DNA of 63,918 bases, filler included, from an uncultured bacterium (GTDB lineage: Bacteria > CAYJRR01): assembly GCA_964372275.1 (NCBI GenBank). It is 3 parts of 3 records of this genome, joined end to end, with 100 filler letters (N's around TTAATTAATTAA, not from the genome) between each part and the next. Parts side by side here need not be neighbours in the genome. Positions count along the whole stretch, not along the records: positions 29,842 to 59,379 come from CAYJRR010000056.1; 2 more parts are not named here. The stretch is one strand, 5' to 3'. Numbering within the stretch: the stretch's first letter is position 1; each line of letters opens with the position of its first letter. Shown one piece after another: positions 39,939-49,127 of this stretch. Made by a program: the position numbers and the translations under genes. The notes below the pieces were generated by a model. That model did not search any database. It was not told the origin of the DNA and worked only from the letters and a program-made list of their open reading frames with translations.

Positions 39939-41093
39939 TTAGGGGTTCGGGGAGGCCCCGAGGGAGCCCGACGGGCGGACCGGTTCGTCGTGGGCGATCA
40001 GCCAGTCGACGATCCCGGGGAAGACCTCCCGCGCAGCCCGCGCCCCGGCAACCAGGTCGACGTGACCCCAGTCGTGCGGATCGCCCGAGGCGCGGCCGAA
40101 GACGCGATGCGTCCGGTCGGCCGAGCCGAGTCGCGCGTGCACGAACTCGACGGTGTCGGGGGGCGCGATCGCGTCGCGGGAGCCGGAGACGAGCAAGGCC
40201 GGAACGGCGATGCGCGACAGGCTCGCGGCGTAGTCGTCGACGCCGTCGAGCGAGTCGAAGGTGCGCTCGTTCGACCAGCGGCGCAGTTGGCGGAGCTCGC
40301 CGCGCGAGACGTTCTCGAGCGCGGTCGCCCGCAGGAGCCGGCGCTCCTCGAGCGAAAGGTTCTCCTTGCGGAAGAAGCTCCGGTTCAACTGCAGCGGATC
40401 GTAGCCGCCGCACAGCGCCGCCTGCGCCCCGCCGAACGTGCGCAGGTAGACCTGCGGAAAGGGGAGTACGCACGCCGAGAGAGACGCGCCGGCGCCGACG
40501 AGCCCGCGCCGGCGCATGTCGCCGGGGCTGGCGATCGCCACCAGCCGGTCGATGCCGTCGCCGCCGCGGCCGAGATGGGCGTATGCGACCATCCCGCCGA
40601 GGCTGTGTCCCACCCACGACACGCCGGCGCCCCCCGTCCGATCGCGGACGCGGCGGAGCAACGCGGGGAGGTCGCGACGGACGTGGTCGTCGAAGGTGCG
40701 GCGCGACGGAGACGATCCCGGCGGTCCGCGGCGGCTGTCACCGTGACCGCGCAGCTCGACCACCCAGACGTCGAATCCGGCGTCGGCGATCGCCCGGGCG
40801 AGGCTGCCGCCGGCGATCAGGTCGAGGGTGGTCCGGTTGTTGGCGAGGCCGTGGCAGAGCACGACCGGACGGCGGCGCGGAGGCAGCCCGGGCGGGATCG
40901 GGTAGCGGTGCAGCGCGAGAGACCAGCCGTCGTCGGTCGTGGCGCGCTCGAGGACCGGCGGCGTGGCGCCGGTGGGCGCCGGGGGGTGGACGCACGCGGA
41001 GAATGGGAGGAGAAGGAAGGGCGCGAGCGTGCGGCGCCGCGAGAATCGAAAATGGAAAATGGAAAATGGAAAACCGGCAGACGGGAACCCCAT
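39939..41093 (-). CDS. Alpha/beta hydrolase (lipase/PhaC-like), probable lipoprotein
   Basis: LCHGL, GFDVWVVELRG, GHSLGG nucleophile, GSRD acid, GHVDL His; lipobox FSAC; start uncertain (inside the repeat element). Confidence 0.85.
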   Translation of the reverse strand: MGFPSAGFPFSIFHFRFSRRRTLAPFLLLPFSACVHPPAPTGATPPVLERATTDDGWSLALHRYPIPPGLPPRRRPVVLCHGLANNRTTLDLIAGGSLARAIADAGFDVWVVELRGHGDSRRGPPGSSPSRRTFDDHVRRDLPALLRRVRDRTGGAGVSWVGHSLGGMVAYAHLGRGGDGIDRLVAIASPGDMRRRGLVGAGASLSACVLPFPQVYLRTFGGAQAALCGGYDPLQLNRSFFRKENLSLEERRLLRATALENVSRGELRQLRRWSNERTFDSLDGVDDYAASLSRIAVPALLVSGSRDAIAPPDTVEFVHARLGSADRTHRVFGRASGDPHDWGHVDLVAGARAAREVFPGIVDWLIAHDEPVRPSGSLGASPNP

Positions 41094-41133
41094 TGGCCGG
41101 TTTTCCATTTTCCATTTTGAATTTTCCATTTTC
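41041..41133. repeat. AT-rich palindromic element made of GAAAATG heptamers
   Basis: Left arm GAGAATC(GAAAATG)x3GAAAACCGGC, right arm its reverse complement; perfect 23-bp stem 41056-41078/41096-41118. Confidence 0.9.
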
Positions 41134-41147
41134 AGGCGAGGCGCGAA

Positions 41148-43100
41148 TCAGACCCCAGGGCGTCGAGGCCGACGCGGCCGTTGTCGCAACACGGTGATGG
41201 CCAGCGCGAGGAGCAACAGAAAGGCAATGCCGCGGGTCGGCGCGCCGCCGATCGCCGAGACGTCGCAATCGATCCCCGGATCGTCGGGGGATCGGGTGAG
41301 GACCCAGGTCAGCGTCGAGGCTTCGGAGACTCCGTCGGAGGCGGTGAGGGCGATGGCGTAGCGGCCGTCGGCGTCGAGGTAAAGCGACGTCTCCTCGCCG
41401 GCGGTCGCGTCGAGCGTCGCCGTCGAGCTTTCGGGCTGTGAGACGAGCCGCCAGGTGAAGGTCAGTGGATCGCCGTCCGGGTCGTCCGACCCCTCGGCGG
41501 ACAGCGCGATCGAAAGCCCGCGAAGCGCGACGACGGGGCCGCCGGCGCGAGGGCGCGGCGGAGCGTTCGATTCGCCGCCGACGGCGGCTTCGACGGCGGC
41601 GAGGGTGAATCCGTGCGCGCCGCCGGCGGGCCCGTCGAGCAGGAGCTGCGCGGTATCGCCGCGCACCACCGTCGAGACCTCCGACGCGGCGCCGCTCCAG
41701 CCCTCGACCGGATGCCCTTCGCCGTCGAGGATCGCCAACGCGTCGCCGGCGGAAAGCCCGATCGTCGAGAAACGGAGGCGCAGCGCGGCGGCGCCGGGGA
41801 CGTGGAGGCGCTCGAGGAGGCGGGTTCCCGGAGGGTAGGGGTGCGCGCTTTCTCGGGTAAGGCCGGTCGCCCGTCCGCGGAACGGCACGACGACCGTCNN
41901 NNNNNNNNCCACGGCGCGCAGTCCGTCGGCGTCGACCCGCTCGAAGGCGATCGGCCACAGGCCTCCGGTGTGGAAGCGCCGCTCGGAGGCGACCGCATCG
42001 CCGGCGGCGAACAGCACGGGAACGCCGGGGGCGGTGTGCACGCGCATCGGCAGTTCGATGCGCGGCGGCGAGAGCGCCGGTCGCGTCGCGAGCCGCACGG
42101 CGTTGGCGGCGTTGAGCCGTCCGCCGGCGCGGTTGCGTCCGGCGAACGAGGGGAGACGGTCGGCGCCGGCGACGAGACGCTCGCGGACCTCCTCGGCGGA
42201 GAGCGCGCCGTCGACCGACCGCACCAGCGCCGCCGTCGCGGCGACCCGCGCCGCGGCTTCGGCCGTTCCGCCGCGCGCGGGCCAACCGCTGCCGTCGACG
42301 CCGCTTCCGGCATTGCCGCCGAGCACCGCGTCGGCGGGCGCGGCCAGGTCGACGGTCGTGGCGCCGAAGGCCGACGACGACCAGCCCGGGAGCGACAGCG
42401 GCCGGTCCTCGCGGTCGGCGGCGGCGACGGCGATGACGCCGGGATGCGAGGCCGGGAAGCGCGGGGCGCGATCGAGGTCGGCGCCGTCATCGCCCGCCGC
42501 CGCGACGACCACGATCCCCGCGGCGCGCGCCTCGGCGATCGCCTCCGCCAGCGCCGTCCCGCCGGTCTGCGGATGCGCCCAGGGACAGAGGATCACCCGC
42601 GCGCCGTGGTCGACGGCGTGGCGCACCCCTTCCGCGGCCGCGGCGTCGAAACCGCCGCCGGCGGCCGGCGGCGCGAACGGTTCCGGCGGCGCGTAGACGC
42701 GGACCGGCATCACCCGCGCCTCCGGCGCCAGACCGTCCTCGCTCCCGGCGACGAGCCGCGCGAGGAGCGTCCCGCGGCCGGCCGGGCTCTCGCGCGGATC
42801 GGCATCGCCGTCGACGACGTCCCATCCTCCGACCAGCCGCCCGGCGAGCGCCGGATCGCCGGGGTCGGCCCCGGCGTCGACGATCGCCACCACCACCGCC
42901 GCCGACCCGCGCGTCACCTCCCAGGCGGCGCGCGCGTCGACGTCGGCGTCGAGCGGCGCCCGGTCGGCCTCGAGCCACCAGGGCAGGGCCGCCGCGAGTG
43001 CGAAGGCGCGCGATCGCCGACCGGCGCCGCGACCGAGCGACGCGCGCCCCCTCGCGCGGCGCTTGGTGTTCGCGCGCCGGCTGTCGTATGCAGGCGTCAT
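41148..43100 (-). CDS. Subtilase (S8)-fold surface protein with CUB-like and PKD-like domains and MYXO-CTERM-like tail; catalytic His and Ser replaced
   Basis: VVVAIVDAG, MPVRV, VVAAAGD, VDLAAP, GRLNAANAV; ESAHPY (CUB-like); DPDGDPLTFTW (PKD); C..S..GG-TM-RQRPRR tail; spans a 10-N gap; start uncertain. Confidence 0.75.
   Translation of the reverse strand: MTPAYDSRRANTKRRARGRASLGRGAGRRSRAFALAAALPWWLEADRAPLDADVDARAAWEVTRGSAAVVVAIVDAGADPGDPALAGRLVGGWDVVDGDADPRESPAGRGTLLARLVAGSEDGLAPEARVMPVRVYAPPEPFAPPAAGGGFDAAAAEGVRHAVDHGARVILCPWAHPQTGGTALAEAIAEARAAGIVVVAAAGDDGADLDRAPRFPASHPGVIAVAAADREDRPLSLPGWSSSAFGATTVDLAAPADAVLGGNAGSGVDGSGWPARGGTAEAAARVAATAALVRSVDGALSAEEVRERLVAGADRLPSFAGRNRAGGRLNAANAVRLATRPALSPPRIELPMRVHTAPGVPVLFAAGDAVASERRFHTGGLWPIAFERVDADGLRAVXXXXTVVVPFRGRATGLTRESAHPYPPGTRLLERLHVPGAAALRLRFSTIGLSAGDALAILDGEGHPVEGWSGAASEVSTVVRGDTAQLLLDGPAGGAHGFTLAAVEAAVGGESNAPPRPRAGGPVVALRGLSIALSAEGSDDPDGDPLTFTWRLVSQPESSTATLDATAGEETSLYLDADGRYAIALTASDGVSEASTLTWVLTRSPDDPGIDCDVSAIGGAPTRGIAFLLLLALAITVLRQRPRRPRRPGV
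41899..41908. other. 10-N scaffold gap
   Basis: Run of N inside the subtilase ORF. Confidence 0.95.
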
Positions 43101-43893
43101 GGGACCCGCGAACAGCGTAGGCGTCGCGCCGAAAGCCGGTCAAGGAACGCTCGGCCGGGTGTGGGACGGAGCCGCCTTCATGCCGCGCGGCATCCTGCTC
43201 TTCGCGCGCACCCGCTCGGCGTGGGGGTACGGGATCCTGCCGGTGGCGGTCTCCGCCGGGATCCTGTTCACCCTCCTCGTCCTCCTCGGCTTCTATCTCG
43301 ACGATGTCGCGCGGGCGCTCACGCCGTTCGCCGAATCGCCGTCGTGGCCCGCCTTCCTGCGGGGCGCGGTCCGGGTCAGCGCCGCGATCGCGGTGCTCGC
43401 GGCCTACGTGGTCGGCGCCGCGATCTCGTTCGCGACGCTCACCAACGTCGTCGGGCAGCCGTTCTACGAGAAGTTGTCCGACGACCTGGAGCGCCGCCTC
43501 GGCGATCCGCCCCCCGGCATCGACGCGCCGATCTGGCGGACGCTCCCCCGGGCCACGGCGGAGTCGATCCTGATGATCGTGCTCTACGTGGCGCTGATCG
43601 TGCCGCTGTTCCTGCTCGGATTCGTGCCGCTCCTCGGGCAGACGGTGGTGGCGTTCGTGGCCTTCCTCGTCTCCGGGTTCTTCCTGGCCGCCGAGATCCT
43701 GGCGATCCCGCTCGAGCGACGCGGCCTCCACCTTCGCGGTCGGCTGCGCTGGCTCTGGGAACGGCGCGCCGTGACGCTCGGGTTCGGCGGGGCCGCGTTC
43801 CTGCTGTTCCTGATCCCGCTGATGAACGTGGTGGCGATGCCGGGCGCGGTCTTCGGCGCCACGCTCCTCGTCCGCGCGCAACGCGACGCGTAG
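43099..43893 (+). CDS. EI24/CysZ-family membrane protein
   Basis: NVVGQPFYEKLS..E, FVPLLG, FLIPLMN..AMP.AVFGAT. Confidence 0.8.
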   Translation: MGPANSVGVAPKAGQGTLGRVWDGAAFMPRGILLFARTRSAWGYGILPVAVSAGILFTLLVLLGFYLDDVARALTPFAESPSWPAFLRGAVRVSAAIAVLAAYVVGAAISFATLTNVVGQPFYEKLSDDLERRLGDPPPGIDAPIWRTLPRATAESILMIVLYVALIVPLFLLGFVPLLGQTVVAFVAFLVSGFFLAAEILAIPLERRGLHLRGRLRWLWERRAVTLGFGGAAFLLFLIPLMNVVAMPGAVFGATLLVRAQRDA

Positions 43894-43905
43894 GCGCCCC
43901 TCCGG

Positions 43906-45972
43906 TCAGGCCTCGGCGGGCGCCCCCAGGAGGACGCGTGCGGCCGCGACCGCGTCGTGGGCGCCGGCCAGCGCCAGCACGTCGCCTCCTCGCAGCACCT
44001 CGCGCGCCGTCGGGACGACGATCTCGGACTCTCCGCGGCGGATCGCCAGGACGGTTGCCCCCGTCTGTCCGCGAAGGTCGAGCTCGGCGAGGCTGCGACC
44101 GACGGCCGGGCTCGACGCGGGCAGTTCCACCCGGATCGGCTCGCCGAGCCCCGGAAGGAGCTGGCGCATCGTCGCCGCCTCGGTCTCCCGTGAGGCGCGG
44201 CCCCCCCGGTCGGCCTGCGCCGCGAGCGCGGCCGCCACGATCTGGGCGCCGGCACGGACGTGTCCCTGGAGGTTGGTCGCGCTTCGCCAGAAGGCGATCC
44301 CCAGGACGAGCAGGAGCAGCGCGAGCACCACCGCCCCCTGGACGCCGGGAAGGAACGGCTGGGTCACCGCCAGCACCGGCAGGCCGACCAGCAGGAGGAT
44401 CGCCAGTTGCAGCGTCACCACGAAGGCGCGGCGCGGCGCCGCCGCCAGATCGACCTTCCCCGCTTCTCCCGGCGGGAACGCGGACTCCGCCAACAGACCG
44501 CCGAGCCGCCCGGCGAGCCGGAAGACTCCGACGGCGAACGGCGCCGAGAGGCCGGCCGTCGCCACCAGCACGATCGCGCGCGCGAACGCTTCCGTCAGCC
44601 CGATCCGCTGGGCGATCGATTCGGTGAGCCGTTCACCGCCGACGGAGGCGCCGATCACCAGCGCGGCGAGGACGGCGGCGTCGACCAGGAGGCGCCCGGT
44701 CGTGACGCGGATCTCCGACGCGGCGGGCGCCGTCCTCGGCGTCGCGCCGATGCGCTCCACCCAACTCCCGTAGAGCGCGGCGAAGGTCTGGATCGGACGC
44801 GGCAGCTTGCGGTCGACGAAGCTCGCCACCGGTCCGGAGGCACGGATCGACCACGGCGTCGTCAGGGTGGTCACCACCGAGACGGCGACGGCGATCGGAT
44901 AGAGACGCTCACCCGTCGCTCCGAGCGAAAGTCCGAGCGCGGCGAGAAGGAACGAGAACTCCCCGATCTGCGCCATGCTCATGCCGGCCTGGATCGAGGT
45001 GCGGACGCCGTTCCCGGTGAGGAACGCGCCGATCGAGACGCTGGCGATCTTCCCGGTGACCACGATCGCGGTCAGGACGGCGATCGGCATCCACTGTCCG
45101 GCGACCAGCGCCGGATCGATCAACATCCCGACCGAGACGAAGAAGATCGCCGCGAACAGGTCGCGCAACGGGTGGAACCACCGTTCGATGCGCTCCCCTT
45201 CCCCCGACTCGGACACGAGCGTGCCGGCGAGGAACGCTCCAAGGGCGGTGGGGTAGCCGGCGGCGGTCGCCAGCAGCGCGAAGGCGAAGCAGATCCCGAG
45301 GATGCCGACCACCGTCGTCTCGATCCTCTCGAGCCGGACGATCGCCCGCACGGCGCGCGGGACGACCAGCAGACCGACGACGACCATGCCCACCAGGAAC
45401 AGCGCCAGCCTTCCGACCGTCGCTCCGATGGCGCCGGTCGACAGCCCCGCGCCCGTCGAGACGGCGGTCAGCGTCGCCATCAGCAGGATCGCGATCAGGT
45501 CCTCCGCGATCAGCACGCCGACGACCACCTCGCGCAGGCGGCCACGCGTGCCGCGCTCGTCGAACGCCTTGGCGATGATCGTGGTGCTGGAGATGGCGAC
45601 GATCGCGCCACAGAAGACGCTTTCGAGCGCCGACCAACCGAAGGCGCGGCCGGCGAGGAAGCCGAGCCAGAGCATCAGGCTGCACTCGACGATCGCGGTC
45701 AGCCCCGAGGTCGGCCCCACGCGGAACAGCCGTCGCAGGCTGAACTCCAGTCCGAGGGAGAACATCAGGAACAGGACGCCGATCTCGGAGAGCGTCCGCA
45801 CGATCTCGCGATCGGCGACGAGCGGGATCGGCACGTACGGTCCGACGATCAGCCCCGCGACGACGTAGCCGAGAACCACCGGTTGTCGCAGCCGCTGAAA
45901 CAGGACCGTCGTCGCCGCCGCGACGCACAACACTGTCGCCATGGCGTGCAGGAAGGCGTGGCCGTCGGGCAT
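43906..45972 (-). CDS. CPA2 cation:proton antiporter with C-terminal RCK-C (TrkA-C) domain
   Basis: QPVVLGYVVAG..VGP, GV.FLMFSLGLEFS, AISST, AED, FFVSVG, QIGEFSF; GRSLAELDLRG.TGATVLAIRR. Confidence 0.93.
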   Translation of the reverse strand: MPDGHAFLHAMATVLCVAAATTVLFQRLRQPVVLGYVVAGLIVGPYVPIPLVADREIVRTLSEIGVLFLMFSLGLEFSLRRLFRVGPTSGLTAIVECSLMLWLGFLAGRAFGWSALESVFCGAIVAISSTTIIAKAFDERGTRGRLREVVVGVLIAEDLIAILLMATLTAVSTGAGLSTGAIGATVGRLALFLVGMVVVGLLVVPRAVRAIVRLERIETTVVGILGICFAFALLATAAGYPTALGAFLAGTLVSESGEGERIERWFHPLRDLFAAIFFVSVGMLIDPALVAGQWMPIAVLTAIVVTGKIASVSIGAFLTGNGVRTSIQAGMSMAQIGEFSFLLAALGLSLGATGERLYPIAVAVSVVTTLTTPWSIRASGPVASFVDRKLPRPIQTFAALYGSWVERIGATPRTAPAASEIRVTTGRLLVDAAVLAALVIGASVGGERLTESIAQRIGLTEAFARAIVLVATAGLSAPFAVGVFRLAGRLGGLLAESAFPPGEAGKVDLAAAPRRAFVVTLQLAILLLVGLPVLAVTQPFLPGVQGAVVLALLLLVLGIAFWRSATNLQGHVRAGAQIVAAALAAQADRGGRASRETEAATMRQLLPGLGEPIRVELPASSPAVGRSLAELDLRGQTGATVLAIRRGESEIVVPTAREVLRGGDVLALAGAHDAVAAARVLLGAPAEA

Positions 45973-46111
45973 TCGCTCGATCATATCGATGGCGGGCTCG
46001 CGGCGTTGGCGCCGCCGCGCCGATGTCCCATGGGCGATGCGCGCCCGCGGTCGCAGGGAGCGCGACAATCACAACCGATTGGAGTTGCATGAAAATCTGT
46101 CCTCGCCCGGG

Positions 46112-46127
46112 TGGCATGCGCGTTGCG
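46112..46127 (+). promoter_or_regulatory. Sigma54 promoter
   Basis: TGGCATGCGCGTTGCG, near-consensus TGGCAC-N5-TTGC. Confidence 0.7.
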
Positions 46128-46160
46128 ACCTCCCGTCAAACGGATCACGGGGAGGGCGTC

Positions 46161-46718
46161 ATGAGTCGATTCCGGAGCCTGGCGGGAGGGTTGGCGTTGG
46201 TCGTTCTCGCGACGTCGGTGAGCGGACCGGCGATGGCCTCGGCACCGAGTTGGCCGTCGGAGGTCCGTACGGATGAGAACTGGCGGAAGGCACAGGAGAT
46301 CGTGCGTCTGCGCGCCGACGCGCGACGCATGAGCGATCTCGCCGCGCAGGCCTCGACGATCGGGATGGCAGCCACGGTAGTCGGTACGACGGCAGTCGGC
46401 GGACTGCTGGTGGCAAGCCTGGTCTTTCCGGCGCTCACGCTCGCCGTTCCCGTGGCCTTCGCCCTGACGGTCGGCGTAGGCAGCGCAACGATCCTCCTCA
46501 CGTTGTTGGCCGGCCGAAAGTCCACCCGACACAAGAGGGAGGCCGAGCGTCTCACGCGCGAGTTGCGGGGCCGCATGACCTTCGAGGAGCTAGGGTGGCT
46601 CCTCGACCAAGCCGAGCGCGCGATGGACGGCGCGAACGTCTCGCGATCGGCTCCGACGACCCCGACTGGGTCGGTCGTGGCGGGCAGCGCGGCGGCGGGT
46701 GTCGGCACGAGGCGGTGA
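46161..46718 (+). CDS. Exported protein with hydrophobic hairpin, paralogue 1
   Basis: GGGAGG RBS; signal peptide; EIVRLRA coiled coil, two hydrophobic helices, ends AGVGTRR. Confidence 0.7.
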   Translation: MSRFRSLAGGLALVVLATSVSGPAMASAPSWPSEVRTDENWRKAQEIVRLRADARRMSDLAAQASTIGMAATVVGTTAVGGLLVASLVFPALTLAVPVAFALTVGVGSATILLTLLAGRKSTRHKREAERLTRELRGRMTFEELGWLLDQAERAMDGANVSRSAPTTPTGSVVAGSAAAGVGTRR

Positions 46719-46754
46719 AGAACGAGATCCGGTGATTCCTTGAGGGGAGGTCCC

Positions 46755-47321
46755 ATGGTTCGGTTGCGAGCGTGGACGGGTTGGGTGGCGGTCCTGTTGT
46801 CCGTGACCGCCGTTTCGGAGCAGGCCGACGCCAAGTGGCCGCAGGGGCTCGGCGCGGCCAGCGCCCTCGCAGCGCAAAGGGACGAGACGCAGGCGATCGT
46901 CCGCGAGATCGTCCGGCTCCGGGCGGAGGAGAAGCGGCTCGAACGGCTCGGCGAGCGTTCGGCCGATCTCGGCGTCACGGTCGTCCAGTACGGCTCGACG
47001 GTGATGGCCGGCCTGTCGTTCATGAACCTGTTCCTTCCGGTCGCCCCGGCCTTCTGGATCATGACCGGCGCGACGCTGGCCGTCGGGGTCGGCGCGGTCG
47101 TCACATCGTTCGTCGCCGATTCCCGATCGCGGAAGCGCGGCGCGGAAGCCGACCGGCTCGAGACGGAGCTCGCGAAACGGATCGGCTTCGTCGAGATGAT
47201 GCGCCTGCTCCATCCCGACGAGGTCCTCGCGGGAAGCGACGTGCCGAGACGCGCGCCGACCGTGCCCGGTGGACCGGCGGCGACGACCGCCGAGAACGCC
47301 GGCGTCGGCACGCAGCGCTAG
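46755..47321 (+). CDS. Exported protein with hydrophobic hairpin, paralogue 2
   Basis: GGGAGG RBS; signal peptide; EIVRLRA, two hydrophobic helices, ends AGVGTQR. Confidence 0.7.
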   Translation: MVRLRAWTGWVAVLLSVTAVSEQADAKWPQGLGAASALAAQRDETQAIVREIVRLRAEEKRLERLGERSADLGVTVVQYGSTVMAGLSFMNLFLPVAPAFWIMTGATLAVGVGAVVTSFVADSRSRKRGAEADRLETELAKRIGFVEMMRLLHPDEVLAGSDVPRRAPTVPGGPAATTAENAGVGTQR

Positions 47322-48313
47322 ACGAGCACGTCGATCGCCTTCGGGAGCATCCGCACCTCGACCGGCGTCGTGCCGCGCACCTCGCCGTCGGGCATCAGGT
47401 GCCGCTCCACCACCGATTCGATCCGGACACGGGTTCCGCGATAGATCCGGACCTTCGGATGGGAGACGTGCGTCCCCAGAAAGAGGGACGGAAAGACCCG
47501 CAAGAGCTCCATCCGCCCCAGGTCCCCGGCGGCGATGATGTCGAGCTGTCCGTCGTCGGCGGAGGCGTTGGGGGCCATCCACATCCGGCCGCCGGTGTAT
47601 TGGGAGTTGCAGACCGCCGCCATCGCCAGCTTCCCGTCGAAGACGGTCCGGCCGTCGACGACGATCGTGGTCTCGGGGCGGGGAAGGGCGGCGAGCTTGG
47701 CCAGGACGCCGGCGACGTAGCCGCTCGGCCCCAGCGGCTTGAAGACGCGGTTGGTCGTCTCGGCGACGTCGGCGATGAAGCCGGCGCCGAGCAGGTTCAG
47801 GAACCACCCCGAGGCGCCGCGCGCCTCGAATCGGCCCACGTCGACCGGCCGGCGCTTTCCGAAGGCGATCCGCCGCAGCGCCTCTTCCGAGGAGTCGACG
47901 CCGAAGTCCCGGAGGAACGAGTTCCCCGTGCCGACCGGAACGACGCCAAGCGCCGTCGCCGGGCGGCCGCCCGCGGAGGTCCCGGGGGATCGTCGGCTGC
48001 CGGCCGCCAACCGTCGCCGGTCGCCAGGGGCCGTCTCGCCGAGGAGGCCTTGCAGCACTTCGTGCACCGTCCCGTCGCCGCCGACGGCGATCACCCGCGC
48101 CGCCCCCGTGCGGACCGCCGCCCGCGCGAGCTCCGTGGCGTGTCCGGCGCGCTCCGTTTCGTGCACCTCGAGCGTCCCCAGCGCGGCTTCGAGCCGCGCA
48201 AGGATCGCGGGGGCGCGCCGCCGTCCCTTCCCGCCCCCCGCGGCGGGATTGACCACCACGACGGTCCGGCCCGACGCCGCGCGTCTCCGACCCGGTCGTT
48301 TCGTCCGACGCAT
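47318..48313 (-). CDS. Diacylglycerol/lipid kinase (DgkB/YegS family)
   Basis: VNPAAGGG, GGDGTVHEV, PVGTGN, CNSQYTGG, DDGQLD, PDGE. Confidence 0.92.
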   Translation of the reverse strand: MRRTKRPGRRRAASGRTVVVVNPAAGGGKGRRRAPAILARLEAALGTLEVHETERAGHATELARAAVRTGAARVIAVGGDGTVHEVLQGLLGETAPGDRRRLAAGSRRSPGTSAGGRPATALGVVPVGTGNSFLRDFGVDSSEEALRRIAFGKRRPVDVGRFEARGASGWFLNLLGAGFIADVAETTNRVFKPLGPSGYVAGVLAKLAALPRPETTIVVDGRTVFDGKLAMAAVCNSQYTGGRMWMAPNASADDGQLDIIAAGDLGRMELLRVFPSLFLGTHVSHPKVRIYRGTRVRIESVVERHLMPDGEVRGTTPVEVRMLPKAIDVLV

Positions 48314-48440
48314 CGTAAACGCGCATCCTAATACACGCGCGCGGGGCTTCGTAAAGCCTCGTCCGAGCTCCCGCCTCCGAAATTCGGGCGACACGCCCGC
48401 CCGGAAAATGCTAGTAAGCGCCGGTTGGTGGGAGGATTCC

Positions 48441-49127
48441 ATGGCGAGGCTTCAGAAGGCTGCCTTCTTCCGGGTGGAGGGGACGCTGACCGCGAGGCCG
48501 ACGCTCGCGGCCGCGGCCTGGATGGCGGCGAACGCGCAGGCGATCGGCGACCGCGTCACCCGGCTCGGCAACGTGGCGTTGGCGGTTCCGTTCGCCCTCG
48601 CCGGGCCCTGGCGTGACGCCCGGCTCGCCACCCGCGTCGGCTGGATGGCGCTGCGGGGGATGACCGAGGACCGGCTCTTCGAGTTGGGCCGCGAATATTA
48701 CGACCGCCAGATCGAGCCCCACCTCCGTACGGTCGGCCTGGACCTGATCGCCACCGCCCGCGCCCAGGGGTGCCAGGTCATCCTGATCAGCGATTCATTG
48801 GACGTGATCGTGCGCCCCCTCGCCGACCGGGTCGGCGCGGCGGAGCTGGTCTGCAACCGGCTGGAGATGAAGCGGGGCGGGGCGGGGCAGCCGCCGACGG
48901 CGACCGGGCGTCTGCGGGAGCCGGTCGTCGCGGGGAATCTCTCCGGCCAGTGGGCCCGCGCCTTCGCCGACGAGCGCAAGATCGACCTCGCCGCGTCGTC
49001 GGCGTACGGCGCCCGGGACGAGGACGGCCTGCTGCTGAGCGCCATCGGACGACCGTGCGCCGTGAGCCCCGACCGGCACCTCCGCCGGCTGGCGCGCTCC
49101 CACGACTGGCCGGTGGTGGAAGGATGA
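48441..49127 (+). CDS. HAD-IB (SerB-like) fold protein with degenerate catalytic motifs
   Basis: GGAGG RBS; AAFFRVEGTL, IDLAASSAYG, PCAVSPD..LRR.A...DWPV. Confidence 0.8.
   Translation: MARLQKAAFFRVEGTLTARPTLAAAAWMAANAQAIGDRVTRLGNVALAVPFALAGPWRDARLATRVGWMALRGMTEDRLFELGREYYDRQIEPHLRTVGLDLIATARAQGCQVILISDSLDVIVRPLADRVGAAELVCNRLEMKRGGAGQPPTATGRLREPVVAGNLSGQWARAFADERKIDLAASSAYGARDEDGLLLSAIGRPCAVSPDRHLRRLARSHDWPVVEG

Noticed and set aside
41041-41133. MENGKWKMEN / FSIFHF peptides as protein motifs
   Set aside because: They are simply translations of the heptamer DNA repeat in several frames
43098-43101. Divergent genes apparently sharing one CATG as both start codons
   Set aside because: The subtilase start is uncertain and the 43100 ATG is only the longest-ORF choice; shared use cannot be supported
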